From NCBI GenBank assembly GCA_964016885.1, contig OZ024742.1, positions 358,546,001 through 358,610,000 on the forward strand: 64,000 bases of DNA, written 5' to 3'. Of this stretch, positions 26,701 to 37,183 are shown one piece after another; position 1 is the first letter of the stretch, and every line of letters begins with the position of its first letter. Source of the stretch: Eledone cirrhosa (taxonomy: Eukaryota). Position numbers and translations under genes: made by a program. Under the pieces are notes generated by a model. It had not been told where the DNA came from, did no database searches, and saw only the letters and a program-made list of their open reading frames with translations.

Positions 26701-27919
26701 TCCAATTCCAATTTAGTGGGTTCTTTACTGATTCTGGTGTTGTATGGTCTGTCACTCACATTAAAGCTGTGAATCTCTTGAAACATATCGTTCCATATCA
26801 CTTGTAAGGTGTCCACAAGTTTTTGGTGCTCTGTTTGTTCAGTAGAGTCATGAATTTCAGCCTCGTTGTTGATGTGGTGACAATTACTACAAGAGTTAGC
26901 TGACCTTTCTCGCTGTTCTTCAGTGGAAGTGGGATGGATTTCAGCAAAATTGTTGGTGAGCTGTTCACTGTTAGATTTAGCTGGCCATTCTCTTTGTCTG
27001 TCAGTGGAGGTGGGGTGGTTGTCTACAAGGGTAGTATCACTCAATTCCGTTAGATGTATCAATTTACATCTAATGATACGTTTTGCCTGTTCATTTAAAT
27101 GCTTTGGAGAAAAGTCTAATTCTGGGTGTTTGGAGTTCCATAAAGTTTTTAGCCTTTGCATAAAACCGAACTTTTGGGGTTCAGATTGTTTGTATGCTTC
27201 ATATAATACTTTGTTAAGCTCGTAGCTCCACTGTATACAACGGTTGTAGTTGCGATTTGGTCGAAGGAGACTTGTACTTTTTGCCATGATGAGTTCGTCT
27301 ATTCACTAATATTTCGTATTTATTTTTGAAAATAGTCGATGATCTTCTTTAAAAGTTTCGACAAAGTTCTGCCAGAATCAAATTTAAAGTTATTCACAGC
27401 TTGGGTAATATTTTTTTTCAGTTAGTTTTTAATTCTACAACTGTGTTTTAAACGTTGTTCTTGAATCGTTTGAATCGAGAACAAAAAGACCGTTACTTAG
27501 TATATTTCTTTATGAATGTAATATAATATAACAACGCTGTATTTATATGTTAAAGTTTATGTATCATTCATATAAATAGGTGTTCTACAACTTATTCACA
27601 ACATATTCACAGTTCAAACACTTATGTTTCTGTTTCTGAATCGAAAACGTTACTTGTATATTTCTTTATAAATGTAATATAACAACGTTGCATTTATATG
27701 TTAAAGTATATGTATCGTTCATATATCATAAGTGTATGTATCGTTCATATAAATAGGTGTTTTACAACACACTTACAGTTCAAACACTTATGTAGAATTA
27801 TTGTATGTAATCTTACCGCGTAATGTAGCTCAACTTTTTCCAATATATGGTATGTTGCCTTCATGTAAGCCGTAATTACACACGTCCGATTATCGGACAC
27901 TGACCACAACGGTCGCCAT
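23719..27919 (-). mobile_element. Full-length R4/Dong-clade RLE non-LTR retrotransposon inserted in (TATG)n, 13-bp TSD
   Basis: Single long ORF with RT and PD-(D/E)xK nuclease. TATATGTATGTAT at 23706-23718 and 27920-27932. About 630-bp 5' UTR and 80-bp 3' UTR. Confidence 0.88.
23796..27287 (-). pseudogene. R4-clade ORF (N-terminal helical domain, RT, CCHC finger, restriction-like endonuclease), ~3 frameshifts
   Basis: QWSYELNKVLYEAY..GFMQRLKTLW; KSPGPDLI, NYRPIAC, WLDYQKAFDSIPH, FFVDDLKLY; CRLCKTKIEDVSHIVASC, RHD, RPDIVVWD..VVEISCP. Frameshifts at ~26625, ~23985 and ~23875. Confidence 0.9.
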
Positions 27920-28040
27920 TATATGTATGTATGTATGTATGTGTGTATGTGTGTATCTATGCATGTATGTATGTATGTATGTATGTATGTATGTATGTAT
28001 GTATGTATGTATGTATGTATGTATGTATGTATGTATGTGT
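27920..28040. repeat. (TATG)n microsatellite, middle part of a tract also seen at 23665-23718 and 29659-29780
   Basis: Direct reading. Confidence 0.95.
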
Positions 28041-29553
28041 CGGAGCCTATCTCAGTAAAAAATGGAGTGAAACAGGGGGATATTCCAGCACCGACCCTGT
28101 TTGCCATATACTTTGCAATGGTTTTCTGTATTGCATTCAGGAATTGCGAGCATGGTGTTTACATCGGGTATCGAACCTCAGGCAGCATATTTAACATCAG
28201 GCGCTTTGCTGCAAAGACAAAAGTATTTACATCATTCATAAGAGACCTCTTGTATGCAGATGATTGCGATCTTTTAGCGCACACAGAGAGTGGTATGCAG
28301 CACATTTTGAATGCATTTTTTGACGCTTGCACTGCCCTAGGATTGACTGTCAGTCTCAAGAAAACCGTCGTCATGTACCAACCTGCCTCTGGTAAGCAGT
28401 ACATTGAACCAAATATCTGTGTATGGTAAACGACTTGGAGTGGTTGATCAGTTTGTCTACCTGGGAAGCACTGTCAATCGATACAGCAACCTTGATAGTG
28501 AAATCTCACTTAGGATTAGAAAAGCAAGTGATGCTTTCGGAAAGCAAGAAAGGCGACTCTGGGGTCGGCGAGATATATGCAAGAAGACAAAGGTAAAGTT
28601 GTACAAGGCATGTGTGCTCTCTTTTCTTCTTTATGTCTGCGAAACCTGGGTCACATATCGACACCACCTTAAGCAATTGGAGCGTTTCAATCAGATGTGT
28701 CTCAGACGGATCCATGGCGTTCACTGGAGGTACCACATCAGTGATATCAACATTTTGGAAAGGTCTATGTGTGACAGTATAGAAGCTCTTGTGCTTAAGC
28801 AACGACTCCGTTGGAGTGGTCACCTTGCCTGGATGAAGGATTCTAGAATACCAAAACAACTCTTTTATGGAGAGTTAGTTAAAGGAAAACGACCGCCACA
28901 TAAATCCAAAAAAGAGGTATAAGGATTCCTTGAAAGCCTCTTTGAAAGACGCTAACATCTCTGCTGATACATGAGAAAATATTGCTGCTGATCGTAATAA
29001 ATGGAGAAAGACTGTATATGAGGGAAAAGTTGCCTTTGAGGCATCTCGAATCGCATATGAGAAAGTAAAGCGGGATGTGAGGAAGGGCATTGCTGTTGCA
29101 TTTCCAGACGGAGAGGGTCCTCTTATGGTGCTGACATGCAGCGTCTGTGCGAGACTCTGCCTAAGCAAAGCTGGACTCGAAAGTCATCTTTGCAGTCATA
29201 AAGTAAGACCAGTGGTTGACTACCAGGCTGCTGTTGGAGATGCTACTCATCATGCTTGCCAAGCATGTGGTAGAGAATGTAAATCAACAGGAGGGCTCAA
29301 GCGACATGCAAAAGTACATGAACTCCAACCACAGCCGGCTATTCCCAGTGAATGTTTTGGTTGCCGACTCTGTGCAAGACATTTTAGATCATTGGCTGGG
29401 CTAAAAAGCCACATTCGATCGCAGCGCTGTTAGTTGCTATCGTGTGTGTGTGTGTATAGATATGTTTATGTGTGTGCGTGTGTGTCTATGTGTATATATA
29501 TATGTATATTATTATTGTTGTTATTATTACTATTATTTTTATTAATATATATG

Positions 29554-29617
<64 letters not shown>

Positions 29618-29658
29618 CTCGTGTAATGGCCATACTCGATAACGAGGGGGCAGCCATC
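28041..29658 (+). mobile_element. 5'-truncated RTE-clade LINE with three C-terminal C2H2-type fingers, up to 14-bp TSD
   Basis: GVKQGD, LLYADDCDLL, YLGS, RLRWSGHL..RIPKQLFYGEL. Stop at 29433. ATGTATGTATGTGT at 28027-28040 and 29659-29672. Confidence 0.9.
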
Positions 29659-30227
29659 ATGTATGTATGTGTGTATGTATGTATCTATGATTGTATGCAT
29701 GTATGTGTGTATGTATGTATGTATGCATGTATGTGTGTGTGTGCGTGTGTGTGTGCGTATGTGTGCACGTGTGTGTGTGTATATATTCACCTCCAAAACA
29801 TCTATGAGACCCACTAGGAAAATACTGTTTGACATTAATTACTTTATATATAGACTGTTCTCTCGTGATATAACATTACTACTAATAAGAATAATACACA
29901 CTTACACACATACATGCACATGTGTATATGTGTATGTGTGTGTTTTATTGTTATGAACAATATTTTTTCAAAATGGCTGGCTGAATACACACGTGCTTTT
30001 TCTCAAAGAATATTTTTTCCGTTCCTTCCACTTCTCATGCTCTATGTTTCTGTTTCGCTTATTTCTCATTCTATCTTCTGATGAAGGACTAGTATCCGAA
30101 AAGTTAAGACTCTATTCCTACTATGTCAAACATTAAACTAATATATTTCTTCACTGTATAGTTTGCTTTGTTGTTTCCATTTACCTTTTGTATATATACA
30201 CATGTACACCAAATACTCCACCCACAT

Positions 30228-30259
<32 letters not shown>

Positions 30260-30261
<2 letters not shown>

Positions 30262-30580
30262 CATCATCATCATTTTACGTCCACTTTTCTCTGCTTGCAA
30301 GGGTGGGACGAGCCCTATTCAGCACAGCATCTCTCCACTTGTCACAGTCCTTCGTCATCTCCATCGTGAGCTTCAGCGATCTGAAATCTCCTCTCACCAG
30401 CTCCGCCCATGTTTTTCGTGGTCTTCCTCTACTGCGTCTTCCTGCAACTGGGATTTCTTGGCACTTCTTTACCCAGGGGTCATCCTCCATGTGCATCACA
30501 TGTCCATACCATCGCAGGCTTCTCTCCTTCACACCACAATTTATCCCTCTTATACCCAGTTTCTTTCTCAACTCATGCTT

Positions 30581-30582
<2 letters not shown>
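30260..30582 (-). mobile_element. RTE 3' fragment flanked by (TA)n
   Basis: LRWYGHVMHMEDDPWVKKC..RGRPRKTW and (GAT)n tail; same family as 30700-33900. Confidence 0.9.
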
Positions 30583-30616
<34 letters not shown>

Positions 30617-30699
30617 AAGTGTATATATATATAATTAAATGGGTATATATATATATATATATTTTTTTTAATGACCATGCTGTCAAAATGGAGGGGTAT

Positions 30700-33600
30700 A
30701 GAGGGCCCTTGAGTCTAGTAAGACATACTCTCTAGTGCTGGTGGCACAAATAAAAGCACCCAGTCCATGCTGTAAAGTGGCGCTGGTGTTAGGAAGGGCA
30801 TCCAACCAGTGTATCAATGCCAAAATGCTTATCAGCACAGCAACAAATAGGAACAACAACAAAATATGAAGACGTCGCATCTCAGAGTTACAACACTTAA
30901 TGTTGGCACTCTCAGAGGTATATCTGCTGAAATAGCGGAGATGCTGGAGAGAAAGCATGTGGATGTGTGCTGCGTGCAAGAGGTGCCTCTGCGAGACTAG
31001 TCGTAGGCAAACGTCTTAGCTATAAGCTATTCTGGGAAGGTAAGGATGATGGGTTAGGGGGAGTAGGCATTTTCCTGGCTGAGAAATGGATCAATAAGAC
31101 AATAGAGGTAGTTCGAGTTAGTAATCGAATAATTAAGCTTAGATTAGTTGTAGGCAGGAGACTACTGACAATCATCTCTGCCTATGCTCCCCAAGGAGGC
31201 CTAGGCAAAGATAAGAAATACTGCTTTTACGAGCAACCTTTACAAACAACTGCAATGACAGAGGACGGAGACATCGTTATGCTAGCAGGAGACTTCAATT
31301 GTCATGTTGGACAGCTCCAGGATGGTTACACTGGGGTACATGGTGGGCACGGTTACGGCTCAAGAAATGAAGAATGAGTGAGACTTCTTGAATTTTGTGA
31401 TGCAGGTACATTGACTATTTGCAACACAAACTTGCAGAAACCTGCCAATTACCTAATAACCTACAAATCTGGTGAGCACATAAGCCAGATTGACTTCCTG
31501 CTAGTTAGGCAGCGGGACAGGCAGGTAGTGTCTAATAACAAGGCATACCCTGGGGAAGAATGTACCACACAGCATAGGTTAGTCGTTAGTGATATCTCAG
31601 TAAGCAAGAGATGGAATGAGACATACAGGAAGGTGTGGAGAAGAAAGGTCTGGAAGCTAAAAGACCTTTCACTAAAATACAAATTTAGGAAAGCCCTTCA
31701 AGATGTATATGACGAAAAAGAAGACGATTTAGAGACGTATGCCATAGATAATAAATGGAATTTCTTACGTGACAACCTGCTGCAGGCTACTTATGAAACT
31801 TGTGGCTGGAGCAGAGCTCCAACCAGACAGAGAGTGACCTGGTGGTGGAACAGCACAGTAGATAAGGTCATTAGAGACAAAATACTAGCATGGAAGGCTT
31901 GGAAAAAGGGTGGGAGTAGGGAAGAATATACAGCCGCTAAGAGAGAAGCTAGACGTCAGGTGTACTTAGCACGCAGGGAGGCAGAGAGTAGGAGGTTTTC
32001 CAATGTTCTGCGACGGGAAGACCAGGGGCGTGCGGTGTTCCACATTGCAAGGCAGTGTGTCAATGCAAATCAGGATGTTGTTGGAGATAAATGTGTCCGG
32101 GATGATGCCAGTGTACTTAGTGTCATGAATGATCAGAAAAAGGAGGCCTGGAAATGTCATTATGAGAGACAGATGAATGTGGAGAACGAATGGCAGAGAG
32201 AGAAATTACCCCCAGTAGATCCGACAGAGGGACCAGCTATTGTGATTGACGAATAAAGGGTCCAAGAGACGATTAAGGAAATGAAAAATGGTAAGGCTGC
32301 TGGACCATCGGGAATAGTTGCTGAGATGCTGAAGGCATCAGGGGACGTAGGCACTAAACTGGTTGCACGCATCATCAATCAGGCTATCTATGGTGCTGTC
32401 ATACCCAAAGACTGGTGCAGCAGTATTCTCATAAAATAGCTACAAAGGTAAAGTGGATGCTCTGGAGAGAAGCAATTATAGGGGTATGAAACTGATGGAT
32501 GAGGTTATGAAAGTGGCAGAAAGGATATTAGCACAACTAATTAGAGAAAGGGTCAAACTAGATGAGATGCAGTTTGGTTTTGTGCCTGGGAAGAGTACAA
32601 CAGATGCCCTCTTCTTGGTGAGACAATTGCAAGAGAGGTTCTTAGAGAAAAATAAGCCACTATACTTAGCCTTTGTTGACCTAGAGAAGGCCTTTGATAG
32701 CGTACCCCGATCTGTCATCTGGTGGTCCCTAAGCAAGCTAGGTGTTGAGGAATGGCTTGTGAGGACAGTGCAAACTTTGTACAGAGGTTCTCTTCTCAGT
32801 AAAGTCATGGTAGGAATGGAGTTTAGTGTGGAATTCCAGATACAAGTAGGAGTACATCAAGGTTCGGTCGTCAGCCCGCTCTTGTTCATTATAGTCCTCC
32901 AAGCCATAACAGAGGAGTTTAAGACTGGCTGTCCATGGGAACTTCTCTATGCTGATGATCTGGTTCTTATAGCAGAATCAGTAGAGGAGCTAGAGAATAA
33001 ATTCTGGCTATGGAAACAGCAGTTGGAAGCAAGAGGACTGAGAGTGAACCTAGCTAAGACAAAAGTGTTGATGAGTAGAAAAGAGGACAAAACTTTGATT
33101 CAATCAGGGAAATGGCCATGTTCGATATGCAGAAAAGGAACTGGCATAAATTCTATAAAATGCACACAATGCAGATCCTGGGTACACAAGAGATGTAGCA
33201 GGATAGTAGGCAAACTAATAGGTAGGGAGAAATATGTATGTAGTAGATGAACAGGGAAATTAGACAGTAGAAGTCGCATTGATAGACACATTTTTCAAAT
33301 GCAGGAGGGCGCTATAGAAGTGGTGGGTAGCTTCCGGTACCTAGGAGATCAGATTAGCATGGGAGGAGGATGTTCTGAGGCCATAGTATCTAGAATAAGG
33401 ACGGGTTGGAAGAAGTTTAGGGAGCTGCTTCTTCTACTGACAAAGAAGGGTTTCTCCCTGCGTACGAAAGGCCGGTTCTATGATGCCTGTGTGAAGAGCA
33501 CGATGCTGCATGGTAGTGAGACATGGGCAGCAAATGCAGAGGATATGCGACGACTGTAGAGAAATGAGGCAAGCATGCTCCATTGGATGTGCAGTGTAAA

Positions 33601-33900
33601 TGTGCATGAACGACCCAGCATAAATGTGTTGAGAGAGAAACTGTGTCTGAGAGGGATAGATTGTAGTGTACGGGAGAGGAGACTGAGGTGGTATGGACAT
33701 GTGATGTGCATGGAGGATGACCGATGGGTGAAGAAGTGCGAGGAAATGCCAGTTGAAGGAAGACGTGGTAGAGGTAGACCACGAAAAACATGGGCGGAGG
33801 TGGTGAGAACAGAACTCAGATCATTGAAGCTCACGGTGGAGATCACGAAGGACCGTGACGAGTGGAGAGATGCAAGCAGGGAGATGATGATGATGATGAT
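30700..33900 (+). mobile_element. Near full-length RTE-clade LINE (APE, RT with PHD-like insert), decayed
   Basis: ATG 30866 MKTSHLRVTTLNVGTL..CCVQEV, SAYAPQ, AGDFN, SQIDF; QFGFVPGKST, FVDLEKAFD, GVHQGS, LLYADDLVL; RLRWYGHV..GRPRKTW; (GAT)n tail. Multiple stops. Confidence 0.93.
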
Positions 33901-33913
33901 ATATACTTAAATG

Positions 33914-33955
<42 letters not shown>

Positions 33956-34585
33956 CATTTAACTCAAAATGGACATTAAATGGTGATGATATAGAAATAT
34001 AAATATATATATATTTAACATTAAAACACACACACATATATATATTTATATATAGAAAGAGAGATATACATATATACATATATGTGTATAGCTATATGTA
34101 TACATACATATATATGTATAGATATATATATGTTAGTGCATTGTCCTCGGTAACACCAGTAGCAAGCTACATACTTTGCCTCTCTGCTTTAGCAATACAA
34201 GTTCTTGACTTTTAAATAATTTGGTTATCCGAGATTCTCAGAATCAATAGTGTTTCCATTCATTGGAACTAATTCAATGGCCATTTATGTAGAAATTATG
34301 ACACACAGTTCCAAGTACTCGTTTTATGGGAGTCTGTTGCCAAAAATCTTCTGACCTCAAACTCTGACAGTTGCCCTATATATTTACATATTTAAACATT
34401 TTTACATGAGGTTATAAGTAAATTATTGGTTACTTTCCACTGATTCTAAGATTCTATATAAAATGAAAGCAAGCGGTTTCTGATAGCCGTGCCTTTGCAA
34501 GTAGCATTAGTAATATAAATAATGTGTAATTGGACTCAACTAGGAATGAAAACGGTGTTGTCGACTTAAATCTCATGGAGCTTAG

Positions 34586-34960
34586 CTTCTTCTTCTTCTT
34601 CTTCTTCTTCTTCTTCTTCTTCTTCTTCTTCTTCTTCATTCCTGAAAAGATCACGGGGTCAGAGTCCAGCTGGTCCTGCAGAAGCAAACATCTCTGGCTG
34701 GATCTCTAAGCGAAGCCAGCTGAGCTCATGGATGTTATCGAACCATCTTGGGCGTGGTCTACCCCTGGGTCACCTGCTGGTTGGTTTTGCCCATAACAAC
34801 TATCCAGTGATTCTTTCTTAGAACATTTTAACCACATGACCATAGTATTGGAGCTGTGATCTCTCAATTTGGACAAGTAACAGCTCTACCTGGAGTGACT
34901 CTCTCATCTCTGAGATATGCACTTTATCGAGTAACATTGCTCCAAAGACGCTTCAGAAGA
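34586..34960 (-). mobile_element. RTE-like LINE 3' fragment with (GAA)n tail
   Basis: (CTT)n at 34586-34636 followed by sequence homologous to 21735-22030. Confidence 0.7.
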
Positions 34961-35473
34961 ACCAAATTAATTTTCTCTAGATTAAAAATTATTTCTAATG
35001 TAGGCAGGAATTTTTAGGGAGTGGGGAAAGTCAATTATATTGACTCCACTATTTAACTGCTATTTTATCTTATCGATCAAAGAAAGATTAAAGGTAGGAT
35101 TTGAACTGATAAGGTAAAGAGATGTAAGCAAGCACTGCAAAATCTTTTGTCTGTTGCTATAACGATTCCTTAGCTTATTTGCTTAAAGTGCAGGATGGAA
35201 TTTGTCAGATTGAACCAGAGAAACGATGTTTTTATTCGTCTTTCCAATTTTAAATAATATCTACCGGTTGCAGCTTCTGACAGAAGTAGCAATGCAAAAT
35301 AAAGTGTCTTGCTCAAGGTCTCATTATGCAGCCCAGGAATTGAACTCTCTAACCATTAAGCTACATGCCTTCACAATGATAAAATATTACATATTAATAT
35401 TATTACTAACAATTCTAGAAACATAAACTATACTCTGTCTAGCATATAATGTAGCCCTTGTATGCATTTATAG

Positions 35474-35562
35474 AACCTCAATGGGAGGAAACAGTGATAA
35501 TCACTGAAGATGTCACAGAAATGTGTGATGAGGGAACTTTAAAAAATGATTTCTATATTTGA
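35474..35562 (+). CDS. Candidate short terminal exon
   Basis: TTTATAG acceptor, then PQWEETVIITEDVTEMCDEGTLKNDFYI* in unique sequence; weak. Confidence 0.2.
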
Positions 35563-36809
35563 ACTGTTGGTCAATCAATGATAAACATTGATTGCTACCT
35601 AAATTATTTATAAAAATGTAAAGATATACTGAAACTGAAGCAAAAACCAAACCAAACATTGAATGTGTTTTACTATTTTTGGCAATATTAGGACAACATA
35701 TATAACAAGACTTTAAGTTGGTTTGTACTGAAACCCCAAAGTTCAATTCCATTATTATAAAAGAATCTCCTGCTTTGTGGAATTGGTGAAACACTTTTAA
35801 AGGATATTTGCTTTCAAGAGCAACAGTACTACCATTGAACTAGGAAATCTGATGGCTGTTGCTTGACGAACTCTTCGATAGCTATTGTAGAATATTCTCA
35901 CATTAACATATATATAAGCACACACACATTCAACATGAACTGTTATAAAATAATTTCTTTCCAACCCTCCACTCTATATATTCCCCAAAAATCTCTCTGT
36001 ATTCAATATTCAAAATTGTATCAATGTATGTTCCAATTATACAAAACATTTTTTTTTCTTTGCACAGGATTCCAGCATGCACAGAAATGAATGTATGCGC
36101 AATATTTACCGTTAAGTTATTGCTCTCTTATAGAGTATTTCTGCAGAACCAAAGAATGGCTTCATAGATTTTTAAGCAGGGAATTGAATTCCCATAGCCT
36201 GACTAAAGTCCATTTCATGCCTCATACTAAGCCATGAGAAAATATAACAATGCACCAAGTGTAGAATATCTTGCAAATCATCTTAACATTTTTCTTTCCG
36301 TTCAGCTAGATAGAATTTTCAGGACAGGAAAAGGGTTTTAAGACACATTTCCTGTTATTATATAGTATTATATTTACTTTTATTTATTTTTATATATTGA
36401 AATAATATTTATTTTTAACCTTTTTCTATATATATGTATTTTTCTAATCTCATATTTGCATTCCATTCATTTGTCAATGTTGGGGATTTAAGAAATGGTA
36501 ATAATAAGACTAGCAGATTAAAGGAGAATTAAAAAGAAGAAAATACATTCCTGTTCAAAAGTATATCAATATATTGGTTGGCAGTAGGAATAAAAGAAAA
36601 AAACAAAAACAATTAATGTGAAAAAAAACAAATGTTTCATGAAGAGATAAGGTGGCATTTGCTTTCTACTGGCCATTTCCTGGTTTTAAGAAGGAAGAAT
36701 ATCTCAAAAATATAAATCAAGAATATAAGAATGGGAAAAGTAGAAGGTAGTGTGTTAGAAATGGTAATGAGCAAGGTAGAGATTTCCCCAACAATATATA
36801 GAAGAACAT

Positions 36810-36873
36810 TCATCATCACCATCATCATCATCATCAACATATTCATCATCATCATCACCATCATATTCATCGA

Positions 36874-36911
<38 letters not shown>

Positions 36912-36936
36912 GCATCATCAACATCATATTCATCTT

Positions 36937-36977
<41 letters not shown>

Positions 36978-37135
36978 ACAACATCATCACCATCATATTC
37001 ATCTTCATCATATTCATCATCAACATCATCAACATCATCATCATCATCAACACCATTATCATCATCATAATCATCATCATCAACATCATCATCATCATGA
37101 TCAACATCATCATCACCATCAGCATCATCATCATT
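36810..37135. repeat. Degenerate (CAT)n tract, probably an expanded SINE tail
   Basis: Runs directly into TTTAACATGTGTATTCCATGATAGCA, similar to the sequence next to the tail in the other RTE-tailed SINE copies (11360, 21627, 42321). Confidence 0.85.
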
Positions 37136-37183
37136 TAACATGTGTATTCCATGATAGCAAATGTTGGAGGTTGTCAGAGACTG

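Noticed and set aside
27780-27919. HDV-like, hammerhead or twister ribozyme call
   Set aside because: Hairpins are present, but the catalytic core consensus could not be matched by eye; kept only as a structured-RNA finding.
29077-29433. Stand-alone host C2H2 zinc-finger gene
   Set aside because: Continuous with the RTE ORF and inside its TSDs.
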